In this document: piece after piece, positions 38,313 to 49,179 of the stretch
Numbering within the stretch: position 1 is the stretch's first letter
How the letters are laid out: each line of letters starts with the position of its first letter
DNA from: Vicinamibacteria bacterium
GTDB taxonomy: Bacteria > Acidobacteriota > Vicinamibacteria > Vicinamibacterales > JAENWD01
Assembly: GCA_963796915.1 (NCBI GenBank)
Contig: CAWCNI010000002.1
Span: 198,126 to 262,125 of the forward strand
Reading direction: 5' to 3'
DNA length: 64,000 nucleotides
Translations under genes and position numbers: made by a program
The notes under the pieces: generated by a model
Database searches by the model: none
Told to the model about the DNA's origin: nothing
What the model saw: the letters and a program-made list of their open reading frames with translations, nothing else

Positions 38313-39055
38313 TGACACCGAGACTTCAGGGAAAGACCGCGCTGCTCACGGCGGCCGGGCAGGGCATCGGCCGCGCGACGGCGCTGGCGTTTGCGGACGA
38401 AGGCGCCACCGTCTGGGCGACCGACGTGAACGAGGCAGCGTTGGCAGCGCTGCTAGCCGAGCGACCGGAGATCGCCATCCGGCGGCTTGACGTCCGCGAC
38501 GCGGCGGCCATCCGGGCCATCGTCGATGAGATCGGCACCGTCGACGTGCTCTTCAACTGCGCGGGGTTCGTGCATCACGGTACCATCCTCGACTGCGGCG
38601 ACGCCGACTGGGATTTCACGTTCGACCTCAACGTCAAATCGATGTACCACACCTGCCGTGCCGTGCTGCCGGGGATGCTGCGGACGGGCAAGGGCAACAT
38701 CGTCAATGTCGCGTCTGGCGCCTCGACGATCAAGGCCGCCGCTAACCGATGCGCGTACGCGAGTTCCAAGGCGGCAGTGATCGGCTTGAGTAAGTCCATC
38801 GCACTCGATTTCATCCGGCAGGGCATCAGGTGCAACGCGATCTGCCCCGGCACGATTGATTCGCCGTCGCTCGAGCAACGCATCGCGGCGCGTGGCGCCG
38901 GAGAACAGGCTCGTGCGGAGTTCGTGGCCCGGCAGCCGATCGGCCGTCTCGGCCGGCCCGAGGAAGTGGCGGCCCTCGCCGTCTACCTGGCGTCTGATGA
39001 ATCAGGCTTCACGACGGGACAGGCACACATCATCGACGGCGGCTGGACGTTGTAG
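38309..39055 (+). CDS. SDR-family oxidoreductase (BDH2/DHRS6-like)
   Basis: ATGA overlap with the lactonase stop. TAAGQGIGRA, NCAG, YASSKAAV. Confidence 0.9.
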   Translation: MMTPRLQGKTALLTAAGQGIGRATALAFADEGATVWATDVNEAALAALLAERPEIAIRRLDVRDAAAIRAIVDEIGTVDVLFNCAGFVHHGTILDCGDADWDFTFDLNVKSMYHTCRAVLPGMLRTGKGNIVNVASGASTIKAAANRCAYASSKAAVIGLSKSIALDFIRQGIRCNAICPGTIDSPSLEQRIAARGAGEQARAEFVARQPIGRLGRPEEVAALAVYLASDESGFTTGQAHIIDGGWTL

Positions 39056-39193
39056 GAGCAGAAGGACGTGACGGCTTCGCCAAGGGCTGCCGCCTGCGAG
39101 CCCACGGGGTGAGGTCGGGCAAGGCCCGCCGATGTATCTGCGCGGGCGATTGCATGCGCCTCGGCATCGACGGAATTGGAGAGCAGTATCAGC

Positions 39194-42099
39194 ATGTCAT
39201 TGCCAGCGACGAACGCTGCACGAGCCCAGCGTCCCGATGCTGACCGATACGACGCGCTCGCGACGGCGCTGGCAGCCGACATCCCCGACGCACGGCTGAT
39301 TCGGGATCCGCTGCGCACGCTGGCCTACGGCACCGACGCGAGCTTTTACAGATTGACGCCGCGACTCGTCGTCCGCGTGGAGTCGGAGGCCGACGTCATC
39401 GCGACGATCCGGGCCTGTGACGCGCTCGACGTGCCGTACACGTTTCGTGCCGCGGGCACCAGCCTGTCCGGCCAGGCTGTCAGCGATTCCGTGCTGATTC
39501 AGCTCAGCCGCCAGTGGAGTGGTGTGAGCGTTGCCGCCGAGGGCCGGGCGATCCGCTGCCAGCCCGCCGCCCTCGGCAGCGACGCCAACCGGGCGCTCGC
39601 CGCCTTCGGCCGGAAGATCGGACCCGATCCGGCCTCGATCGACTCGGCGATGATCGGCGGCATCGCTGCCAACAACGCCAGCGGGATGTGCTGCGGGAAC
39701 GTGCAGGACACCTACCACACGATGGCGTCGGCCCGTATTGTGTTCGCCGACGGGACCGTGCTCGACACGGGTTCATCCGACAGCCGGCGACGGTTCGCCG
39801 AGCGACGCTTCGATCTGGTGGCCGGTATCGGCGCGCTGGCGGCGCGCGTGAAAGCCTCGGCGACGCTGGCCGCCCGCATCCGCCACAAGTACCGGATCAA
39901 GAACACGACCGGCTACAGCCTGCACGCGCTGATCGACTTCGACGACCCCGTGGACGTCATCGCGCATCTGCTGATCGGGTCCGAGGGCACGCTCGGGTTC
40001 ATCAGCGAGATCACGTTCGAGACAGTGCCCGATCCCGCCTATCAGGCTGTCAGCCTGGTGCTGTTCCCCGACATCCACGCGGCCTGCGATGCCGCCGATC
40101 GCCTGGCGACCGGGCCAGTGGCCGCCGTCGAGTTGATGGACCGGCACAGCCTGCGCGCCGTCGCGGGCCAGCCCGGCATCCCCGACCGCCTCGCGACGCT
40201 CGGGGACGGATCGACCGCGCTGCTCGTCGACGTCCGCAGCGACACGGCGGCGCTGCTTGGCGTCGCCATTCGTGAGGTCAGTCGGCGCCTCGAGGCGTGT
40301 CGGGTATCGAGCCGCCGGCATTCACGGACGACCCCGTGCAGAGCAAACGCCTCTGGAACGTCCGCAAGGGGCTGTTCCCGTTGCTCGGGCACACACGTCG
40401 GCCCGGCACAACTATCCTCATCGAAGATGTCGCCTTCCCGACCGCACGCCTGGCGGATGCCGCCGTGGATCTGCGCGCGCTCCTCGATCGGTACGACTAC
40501 ACCGACGCGGTCATCTTCGGCCACGCGCTCCAGGGCAACCTGCACTTCGTCTTTTGTGTCGACTTCAATCAGGACGATGCCGTGCAGCGATATGCGCGGT
40601 TCATGGAGGAGATCGCGACGCTCGTCGTGCAGGAGCATGACGGATCGCTCAAGGCCGAGCACGGCACCGGCAGGAACATGGCGCCTTTCGTCGAGCGCGA
40701 ATGGGGCAGCGAGGCCGTCGCGGTCATGCGCGAGATCAAGCGGCTCTTCGATCCGCGCGGCCTGCTGAACCCCGACGTCATCCTGACCGCCGATCCGCAA
40801 CTGCACCTCCGGCATCTCAAGCCCACTCCGCCCTCGCATCCCCTGATCGAGTCGTGTACCGAGTGCGGGTTCTGCGAGCGCAACTGCCCGTCGCGCCACC
40901 TGACCCTCACCCCGCGGCAGCGGATTGCCGCGTGGCGGGAGATCGCGCGGTTGACCGCGTCCGGCGACGACCAGCGCCGCCTGCGCGACCTTCGTCAGGC
41001 ATTCCGGTACGCCGGCGACGAGACCTGCGCGGTCGACGGCATGTGCGGCGTGGCGTGTCCGCTCGGGATCGACACCGGGGCGTTCGTCAAGGAGTATCGG
41101 GCCGACCGACACGGTCCCATCGCACGGCTCGTGGCGTCGGCATCAGCACGTCACTGGGGGAGCATATTGGCCGCGACGCGGACGCTGCTGCGCGCAGCGC
41201 ACGTGGCGCATGCCGTGCTCGGCACCGCCGCGATGACGGCCGCGACGGGGTGGCTCAGGCGAGCGTCAGGCGGTGTGATGCCGGCGTGGAATGCCTGGGT
41301 GCCGACGCCCCCGCCAGGCGCCAGGGCCGTTGAGGCCGCCGACGCGCGTGAGGCTGTCGTCTACTTTCCGAGTTGTGTGAGCCGGCTGTTCGGGCGATCG
41401 GCAGCAAGCCCGTATCCGGATTCGCAGAACGTGACCATCGAGCGTGTGCTGGGCAAGGCGCGTTATGCCGTCCGGTATCCCGATGCGCTCGGCGGGCTGT
41501 GCTGTGGGATGGCATTCGAGAGCAAGGGATTCACGGAGATTGCCGATCGCAAACTCGAGGAGTTGTTGATGGCGCTGGAGCGCGCGGCAGCACCCGACGG
41601 TTGCCAGATCGTCATTGACACGAGCCCGTGCGCCCTGCGCGTCATGAGTCATGCAGGCGGGTTGCGCGGGCGCGTGGTTGATCTCCCGGATTTCCTGCGC
41701 ACGTCCGTGCTGCCAAGATTGACGATACGCAAGCGTCGGCAGGCCGTGGCCCTCCACGTGCCGTGCAGCGTACGGAAAGGCGGCGGTGAAAGCCGCCTCG
41801 TGGACCTGGCGAGAGCCTGTGCGGAGACGGTGGTCGTGGCTCCCGTCGCCTGCTGTGGCTTTGCGGGCGATCGCGGATTGTCACATCCCGAACTGCCAGC
41901 GTCGGCTCTGGCCGGGCTGCGGGCGGCCCTGCCCCCCGAGTGCCGCGTGGGATTCTCGTCGAGTCGCACCTGCGAGATCGGCACGTCCCTTCACGGCGGT
42001 ATCGGTTTCCAGTCAATCGCGTGTCTCGTCGACGAGGTGACAACGGCTGCCGCAGGTCACAGCGGCAGCACGGATGAGGAGCACCGCGGCCAACCGTAG
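39194..42099 (+). pseudogene. FAD-binding oxidase fused to an Fe-S (CCG) domain, D-lactate/glycolate dehydrogenase-like; one frameshift near 40290
   Basis: ORF 39176..40768 carries the FAD-binding PCMH part (FRAAGTSLSGQA). ORF 40297..42099 carries the rest (AEHGTGRNMAPF, CTECGFCERNCPS, CAVDGMCGVACPLGI, CCGMAFE, CCGFAGD). The junction reads ...REVSRRLEA / VSGIEPPAFTDDPVQSKRLWNVRKG. Confidence 0.8.
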
Positions 42100-42165
42100 T
42101 CGGGAGAGTCGAGGGTGCGGCGAGCCATCGTCCCGTCATGAGGCTATCGGCGCCTCGCCGCGCAC

Positions 42166-45100
42166 TCAGGGACGGGGTGGACCGAGGCGCACGACCAGGG
42201 TCTTGATCTGGGACGGACCGAGCGGCACCGCGACCTCATCCGGGGAAAAGTGCATCGGCGCTATTGGCTCGCCAAGCTGCGAGCCCTCGTGCGCGTCGCG
42301 GACCGGCGTGCGCGGGAACCGCAGGCGTGCGCTCACGGCATCTGGAAGGCCGTTGTGGATGCGAATCAGATACGTGCCGTCGGCGGCGGCAGGGCGGATG
42401 GTCAGGATGCGGACGCCTGAGGGCTCCGCCGACAGCAGCCCTTCGCCGGTCTCTGCCAGCAGGGGCGACCATCCCATGTCGTAGTGACGGATCGCCCCGA
42501 GCGGCGCCCGTTCCCCAGTGGCCAGGGCCTGCGCTTTCGCGAGCGAGACATCGGCGCCGCTGGTGAGCGAGGACCTGGAACGTGAAGCGGCCGCCCTGTT
42601 GCGCGGGCGTGTCGGTGTACCAGTAGTTGTTCATCGCGTACCAGAAGATCGTGCCCCGCTCGAGCTCCAGCGATGTGGGCCAGGTGCCGCGGTTGATGTC
42701 GCCGAGCGTGACGAGTGGCGCATCCACGGCAGCCCACGCGATGCGGTTTCCGGCGCCCTCGAGCCAGACCCCGCCCTGCGTGGCAAACCACTGCCGGTTC
42801 GCGCCCGGCAGCATGTCGCGCTGCGGGTCGATCCATGCCGTCCCGCCTTGGTACAGGACCCGAGGCCGCGACAACGCGAATGGGAAGGCAAAATACACCG
42901 CCTCTTTCTTCAGGGTGGGTACTCTTCTGTACCTCGTTCCGGATGTCGACCTGCTTGATGGCATCAGGCAGTGTGATTGTGGAGATGAGTTCAGGTGTGT
43001 TCTCGGCCTTCGCCCGCACCGTCACGACGATTCCCCACGGATAGCGCCGCGCCTCGGGCGGGCCCAGCGCCGCCGCGTGATGGATCGCAAGGACGGGCCG
43101 AGGGAGCGTGAGATCGGCGGCGAGCAGGCTGTTGTCCTTCAGGCTTCCCGGCAGAAAGCCGCCAGGATCGCCGCCGCTGACGTACAGGTACTCGTTCAAG
43201 CCGTATCCTGCCTGGCGATCCACCAGGTCGGTCCCGGTCTCGCGATCGATCAGGTGCGCGATGGCGCCGGTCGACGGGTCGAGCGTCAGCGTGTAGTGCG
43301 TGCCGCTCACGGTGGGCGCAGCCAGGTCGAGCGGAAGCCAGTCGCCGACAGCGAGCCGTCCACCAGTGGTCGCGTAGAACTTGTAGCCGAGCGCCGGCAC
43401 GTCCGCGGCGCGGCAGCGTACGTCGTGGTAACCGTTCAGACTTCTCACTGCGGCACAGGGAACAGCCGCGCCGGCGGGATCCACGAGTACCTCGCCGGAC
43501 TCGAGCTCGAAGTCGAAGAATCCACCGCGCGGACGACTCTCCGAGTTGAAGACCACCACGCCCTGACGGCCGGCGCCAACCAGTCCGGCGACCTTGTCCA
43601 GAGCTGCCAATCGCAGGTCCTTGGCCTGCTGGCGAGCCGTTTCGGCGTAGGAGCGATGAGCGGCCTCACCTTCCCGTGTGCGGTAGCTGTCGGGCCTGCG
43701 GAACGAGTTGGCATCGCTCCACACGTAGGAGTCGGCGAGCAGCAGATGCTTCCACGCGTCGTCGAACGGACGGGGATCGAATCGCAGGTGCGGCTGCAGC
43801 CAGCCGGCGAGGCTCTCGAACATCTCCGCCTCGGCGAGCTGCGTCTGGGTGGCGCGGTTCATGGCTGCAATGCGTGCGTCAGCACCGGCTTCGTCTTCCC
43901 AGTACGCGCCGCCATCGCCGCGGATGGTCTCGATGCGATCGCCGAAGTGGCTCGTGACGTACTCGAAGAAGTCACGCTGCGGCGCCGGGATGATCTTCGG
44001 GAACGCGTACTCGCGATTCCACTGCGCGATGACATCGGCGTCGCCCCAGTGGCGCATCGGGATCTCGTCGTTGTGGAGGCCAAACAGCTGGACCGCGTCG
44101 AACGCGTAGTCGGACCGGTCGTACTGGGAGAGAAAGAGTGGAAGCGATCGCGTCAGCCCCTGAATCGACGGCGAGTATGCGGCCGGCGCGATCGACTCCG
44201 CGTTCCATCCGCCCCATGTCATGTCGTCCACGGCGGTGTACGACACGCCGCTCCACACGAGCAGTCGCGCGCCCGTTGGCGTCTCCCAGTAGAAAGGCGA
44301 CCTGAAGTTCAGCAGCCCAATCGGATTCAGCGCGCCCCGGATTGGATCGCTGCCGTTGGTGAAATACTTGATGCCCGCGTCGGCAAGCACCTGCGGCACG
44401 GCCCAGGCAATGGAGGGCTCGTCGGTCTGCGACGCCGAGTCCACCACGAAGCCATGCTGCCGGCCGGCACGCAGCGCGTACTCCAGCGCACGGTGGATCT
44501 CCTCAGGCGTCATCAGGCCGGTGAAGAAGTTTGCGTAAAGCGCGTTCAGCCCCCATCGTCCTGACCGCAGGTGGCTCAGTACATCGCCGCCGGCCGCCGG
44601 CTGCCGCGTCGCGAGGTACGATTCGAGGTTGGCCGCCGCGTCCAGCGTAAAGGAGTAGTCCTGGGTACTTCGACTGGATCTCGAGAGTCCTGTCGATGAA
44701 GCGGTTCTCCCACTCCAGGGTCCGTGCCGGGAGATCGTTGTAGCCGAAGTCAGCCTGCTCCATCGGCAGGGCATAGACCTTCCACCTCCGCCGCGGGCTC
44801 CAGGTGCCCTCGAACAACGGCCGCTCGACGCCTGGCAGGCGGAGCGTCACTGGCGCTGGCGCGTCCAGCGCAGGCACTTCCGCGGTGATCTCGACTTCGC
44901 CAATGCCGTTCTGCTGCACCCGCAGGTCCTGGCTGTGGCCGCCGACGGACAGCTGCATCATGGCGTCGCCGAGCGGCTCTGTGGTGCGGACGCGAACGCT
45001 CGCGATCTCGACGAGATCCGATCCGTGCATCCTGTAGAGGGGCGTCGCCTCGACGGATGCGGCGCTCACGCGGGCTGGCGCGGCCGGCATACGCGTCATG

Positions 45101-45699
45101 GACAGGTCGTCGTAGAAGAGACCGAAGCCGTCGAGACATTCGATGGCAAGTCTGTTCGTGCCTGTCCTGAACAGCGAGGCGGGCAGCGGGACGTCCAGTG
45201 TCGCGTATCCGAAGTACTGCAGGTTGCCGTCGCTTTCGCCGCCATTCGGCCACCAGAGTTCCGGCGCGGGACTGGAGGTGATTCGGTAGCTGCCTGCCGC
45301 TCGCCCGTTCACGGCTATCGTGTAGCGCGGCAGTGCAGGGCGCCGTTGGCGGACGATGGCGTCGAGATGGAGAAGGAATGTGCCGCGCGGTCCGTCGAGC
45401 AGCGTGAACTCGACGATCCGCGGACTGGGCAAGGGCGCTGGCCGTATCTCGGTCCAGTCACGCTCCATCGTGCTGCGGCCCACGAGCACGTCGAATGTGC
45501 CGGCCTGGTAGGCGGGCCATGCGCTCGCCGAATCGCGGCCCACGCGAAAGACGAGGTCTGCTGCCGGCGGCTTGCGCGAGAACTCGACGAACGAGCGGTC
45601 TCGCGTGCCGATGCTGAAGACCAGGGCCGACTCGCCACCCGGGGTCGCGCTCAAGGCGGCGAGAAGGACGGCGACAAGTAGCAGCCTGTGGTTGATCAT
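42166..45699 (-). pseudogene. giant exported glycoside-hydrolase-related protein (GH38 alpha-mannosidase-like core), three frameshifts
   Basis: Four minus-strand ORFs join colinearly: 44503..45699, 42402..44774, 42236..42964 and 42166..42477. Junctions lie near 44664 (FIDRTLEIQS / STQDYSFTLDAA), 42905 (NEVQKSTHPE / KEAVYFAFPF) and 42575 (GGRFTF / SLTSGADVSLAKAQ). GAYWEDEAGADARIAAMNRATQTQLAEAE resembles the GH38 central region. The family call is tentative. Confidence 0.65.
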
Positions 45700-45704
45700 C
45701 GACC

Positions 45705-45718
45705 GATTATCGATAATC
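45705..45718. promoter_or_regulatory. perfect 14-bp palindrome GATTATCGATAATC sharing the GATTATCG half with the two 17-nt boxes
   Basis: Lies 5 nt upstream of the minus-strand ATG (45699), inside the 186-bp AT-richer divergent region shared with 45886(+). Confidence 0.5.
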
Positions 45719-45885
45719 TATCAAATTTAACTTTACAACGCCATCTTGTGGGCGCTAGCATTCACCACGTTCGCGGAACGTGAGTTCGTTCTCCGTCTGT
45801 AACCATCTACACATATGACCTTTAGTGTCGGTTTCTGCATCCGCCGGGGTGCCGATTCAAGGTCTAGTCTCCGATAGGTGCCTCC

Positions 45886-47946
45886 ATGCTCGATGACCGA
45901 GTGCGCATCTGTGTCAGGGCGTTTCTACTCGTCGTTCTGGCTGGCGTCTCTCCCGCCGCCGGTCAGGCGCGCATCCCACTGAGCGATGCGCGTGTCCTGG
46001 TGGACGCGCACGAGCCGTCGTTTGTCCAATACGCCGCCAACGATCTGGCGTCGTACCTCACGTCGGTCAGCGGCCGGCCCGTTCCCGTCAAGACAACGGC
46101 CGGAGCGCCGCCGGGCGCGACCACGATTGCTCTCGGCGCGGGCGCGGCGGCGGCCACGGGCGTCGACCTCGGCTCGATGGCAGACCTCGGCGCCGAAGGG
46201 TACGTGCTTCGCGTTGTGCCCCGGGGGCAAGCGACAGTCATCGTTGTCGCGGGTCTTCAGCCGCGCGGCACCAATGCCGGCGTCGCCACGTTGCTCCAGC
46301 TGATTCGCGCCGACGGGACACAGCCCTACCTGGACGCGCCGGCGGACCGGCGCGAGGTACCCAGCTTTGCTGCGCGCGGCATTCACCTCAACGGCTGGCC
46401 GTTGAACTACCCCTACGCGTTCCGCGCCTGGAAGGAGGCGGACTGGAAACGCTTCGTCGACATCGCGTGGGCCCAGCGAATCAATCTGATCTACTTGTGG
46501 CCTTTCATGGAGATCCTGCCAGTCCCGCTCTCGAGCGCCGACGAGGCCTACCTCCAGGAGGTCCAGCGGGTCGTCGACTACGCGCAGCGGCAGCGCGGGA
46601 TGGATGTGTGGATCATGCAATCGGCCAACCGCATCGGCACCTCCGACTGCGGCACGCCGGATCCGCGGCACCGCGCGTACTGGGTAAACAACTGCCAGAA
46701 GGACATGAATCCCGCTGACCCGGAGCAGTTCGCGCGCATCGAGCGGTCGTTCGAGGCGTTCTACCGGATCGTCAACAACGCCGACGCCTACGTGATGATC
46801 GACTCCGATCCCGGCAGCTGGCCGCAGAGTCCGATCAGCGACCAGGTCCGGATCTTCAACGCCGCGCGACGCCTTCTTGACAGGTACGCCGTGCATCGGA
46901 CGCAGACGCGGCTGGTCGACTGGATGCACGTCGGATGGGGTCGCCACAAATTCTTCACCTCCACTGATGCGGTCGTGGCGGCGTACGACTGGACCTCGAA
47001 GAACCCGGACGAGTCGGACGTGGCGTTCATGGGGCAGACCATTCGGGCGTTCAAGGCCGGCGTACCGGAGCCCTGGGGTCTCATCGCCGGGCAGCCGCCC
47101 TATCTGTCGGTGGTGCGCGACGAACAGGTGCTGGACAGGACTGTCTACCTGCCGTACGGCGCCATCGAAGGTGAGCCCGCCTTCCCGGCGACGAACCTTG
47201 GACAGGAATCAGTCCGGCGGGTCTTCGATCGTGCGGCGGAGGTTCCGGGGCTTCGTGGCGTCATGGGCAACAACCAACTCATGTTGCTGCAGTTCCCCCG
47301 GACCTTCTACTTTTTCGGGACCGCATGGGACACCAAATACGCGCAACGGCCCGAGCGCGACGTCCTGCTCGACCTGGCGACGCAACTGTATCCGGACGAA
47401 CGGGATCTCGTAGCCGACGCGTTCCTGGCGCTGCGGGAGACAGACGCCCCGAAGGTTGAGGCCACCCTGTCGAAGATGACCGCGCGCCTGGCCACGGGCG
47501 GATTCGGGCGGCCTGGGGCGATCGGGCGCCTGCTGTTTCCCGACCCGCTCATCGTTGCACGCAGCCTCCGCATGCAGCTCGAGATCCGCGCCGCGCGGCA
47601 GGACTTCATCGCTGCGATGCGTGGCACGCCGACGGTGGAGGACGCCGCGCGTCTGCTCGAGACCTACTTCGATCGGCTGCTCGCCTGGAACAAGGAGACG
47701 GGTTGGGACCGGATGATCGACATCACGGTCTGGCCTCGCGAAATCTACGAAGACGGACCGGATCTCACCGAATCCGTGTACCGGCTGAAGCACATCCTGG
47801 CGCGCGGCGAGCCGTACACGCGCTACTCGGCCACGCAGCAGTTCTTCACGGCGCTGGCGCAGCGCCTGCTGCAGCGATACGGTGAAGACTCCGTGATGGT
47901 GGGCTGCATCGAGCCGTTCAAGCTGGCCGTCCTACAGAGCCAATGA
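45886..47946 (+). CDS. exported ~690-aa protein, putative glycoside hydrolase, paralog 2
   Basis: Aligns with 29269..31344 along its full length (RGIHLNGWPLNYPYAFRAWKEADWKRFVDIAWAQRINLIYLWPF, IDSDPGSWPQSP, LEIRAARQ.., LLAWN.ETGWD.MIDI). Confidence 0.85.
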   Translation: MLDDRVRICVRAFLLVVLAGVSPAAGQARIPLSDARVLVDAHEPSFVQYAANDLASYLTSVSGRPVPVKTTAGAPPGATTIALGAGAAAATGVDLGSMADLGAEGYVLRVVPRGQATVIVVAGLQPRGTNAGVATLLQLIRADGTQPYLDAPADRREVPSFAARGIHLNGWPLNYPYAFRAWKEADWKRFVDIAWAQRINLIYLWPFMEILPVPLSSADEAYLQEVQRVVDYAQRQRGMDVWIMQSANRIGTSDCGTPDPRHRAYWVNNCQKDMNPADPEQFARIERSFEAFYRIVNNADAYVMIDSDPGSWPQSPISDQVRIFNAARRLLDRYAVHRTQTRLVDWMHVGWGRHKFFTSTDAVVAAYDWTSKNPDESDVAFMGQTIRAFKAGVPEPWGLIAGQPPYLSVVRDEQVLDRTVYLPYGAIEGEPAFPATNLGQESVRRVFDRAAEVPGLRGVMGNNQLMLLQFPRTFYFFGTAWDTKYAQRPERDVLLDLATQLYPDERDLVADAFLALRETDAPKVEATLSKMTARLATGGFGRPGAIGRLLFPDPLIVARSLRMQLEIRAARQDFIAAMRGTPTVEDAARLLETYFDRLLAWNKETGWDRMIDITVWPREIYEDGPDLTESVYRLKHILARGEPYTRYSATQQFFTALAQRLLQRYGEDSVMVGCIEPFKLAVLQSQ

Positions 47947-49148
47947 GACGACGACCCGCCGCGGCGCGACAGGCCTTCTATTGCCACCGGGTGCGGTGGC
48001 GCGGACGCGACGCGTACGCGCTCGGCAATCATGTGGTACGGCTGACGGCGCTGACCGGAGGCGGGCACATCGCCGCGTTCCAGCTCGAACAGGCTGATGG
48101 CCATCGTTCCATCAGCCCGCTCTGGTCGCCGCCTTGGAAAACCATCGAGCCGCACGCGTATGCCGAGCAGACCCATAAGCGTCATTTCGGCACGTTGACC
48201 GAAGGCAAGTTGCTCTCGGGCATCGCCGGACACAACATCTGCCTCGATTACTTCGGACTGCCATCACCCGACGAAGTCGAGCAGGGATTGTCCCTCCATG
48301 GCGAGGCCCCGTCGATTAGATGGCGGAAGACGCGAACGTCCAGGGACTCGCGCGCACTCGGCTTCGGCATGGCGACACGCCTGCCCGCGGCCGGCCTCCA
48401 GTTCCACAGGCAGATCGAGTTGCGCCAGGACGAGCCGATCGTCTACTTCACGGAGACCGTCAGAAACGAACGCAGCGCCGATCACTTCTTCCAGTGGGCG
48501 CAGCATGTCACGCTCGGCCCGCAGTTCCTCGCACCGCAGGTCTCGTCGATTGCGGTGGCGGGTTCGAGGGCGATGACCTCGCCCGACGGCTACGACGAAG
48601 GCCGTGCGCTGCTCGCATCGGATCGGGAGTTTCGCTGGCCGGAGGCGCCGCTGGCGGCGGGCGGCACAACCGACCTCACCCAACCGTTCGTCGAACCCGG
48701 TTTTGGATTCGTTGTCACGGTGCTGGTCGACAAAGCGAGGCCTCTCGGTTTTGTGGCGGCGGTCAACCGCAAGCAGGGCGTCGTGGTCGCGTACCTGTTC
48801 AGGCGCTGCGATTTCCCCTGGGTGGCGGTCTGGGAAGAGAACCTGGCGATTGCCGCGCCGCCGTGGCGTCAGCGCACGCGGGCCAGAGCGCTCGAGTTCA
48901 GCACGACTCCGCTGCCGCTGGCGCGCCGAACCACGTTCCTCTCACGAGGCCTCTTTGACGAGCCGACGCTGGCGTGCGTCCCGGCGCTTGGGGCCAGGAC
49001 CGTGACGTACCTCGCACTGCTGACACGGGTGCCCGCTCACTTCGGCGATGTACGCGACATCACCGTGGACGCGAATGGCATTCATATCACCGGCGACGGC
49101 GCGGTCGTCAGTGTCGCGGCGCCCGCAGCCGCCGAGCGTCTGGCCTGA
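47943..49148 (+). CDS. galactose-mutarotase-like (aldose 1-epimerase / DUF4432-like) protein
   Basis: ATGA overlap with the previous gene. GIAGHNICLDYFGLPSPDEVEQGLSLHGEAP resembles the DUF4432 core (CGL..G.P......LHG). The assignment is moderate. Confidence 0.7.
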   Translation: MRRRPAAARQAFYCHRVRWRGRDAYALGNHVVRLTALTGGGHIAAFQLEQADGHRSISPLWSPPWKTIEPHAYAEQTHKRHFGTLTEGKLLSGIAGHNICLDYFGLPSPDEVEQGLSLHGEAPSIRWRKTRTSRDSRALGFGMATRLPAAGLQFHRQIELRQDEPIVYFTETVRNERSADHFFQWAQHVTLGPQFLAPQVSSIAVAGSRAMTSPDGYDEGRALLASDREFRWPEAPLAAGGTTDLTQPFVEPGFGFVVTVLVDKARPLGFVAAVNRKQGVVVAYLFRRCDFPWVAVWEENLAIAAPPWRQRTRARALEFSTTPLPLARRTTFLSRGLFDEPTLACVPALGARTVTYLALLTRVPAHFGDVRDITVDANGIHITGDGAVVSVAAPAAAERLA

Positions 49149-49179
49149 CGCTCACGTGGACGTTTCGAGGAGGCTCATC

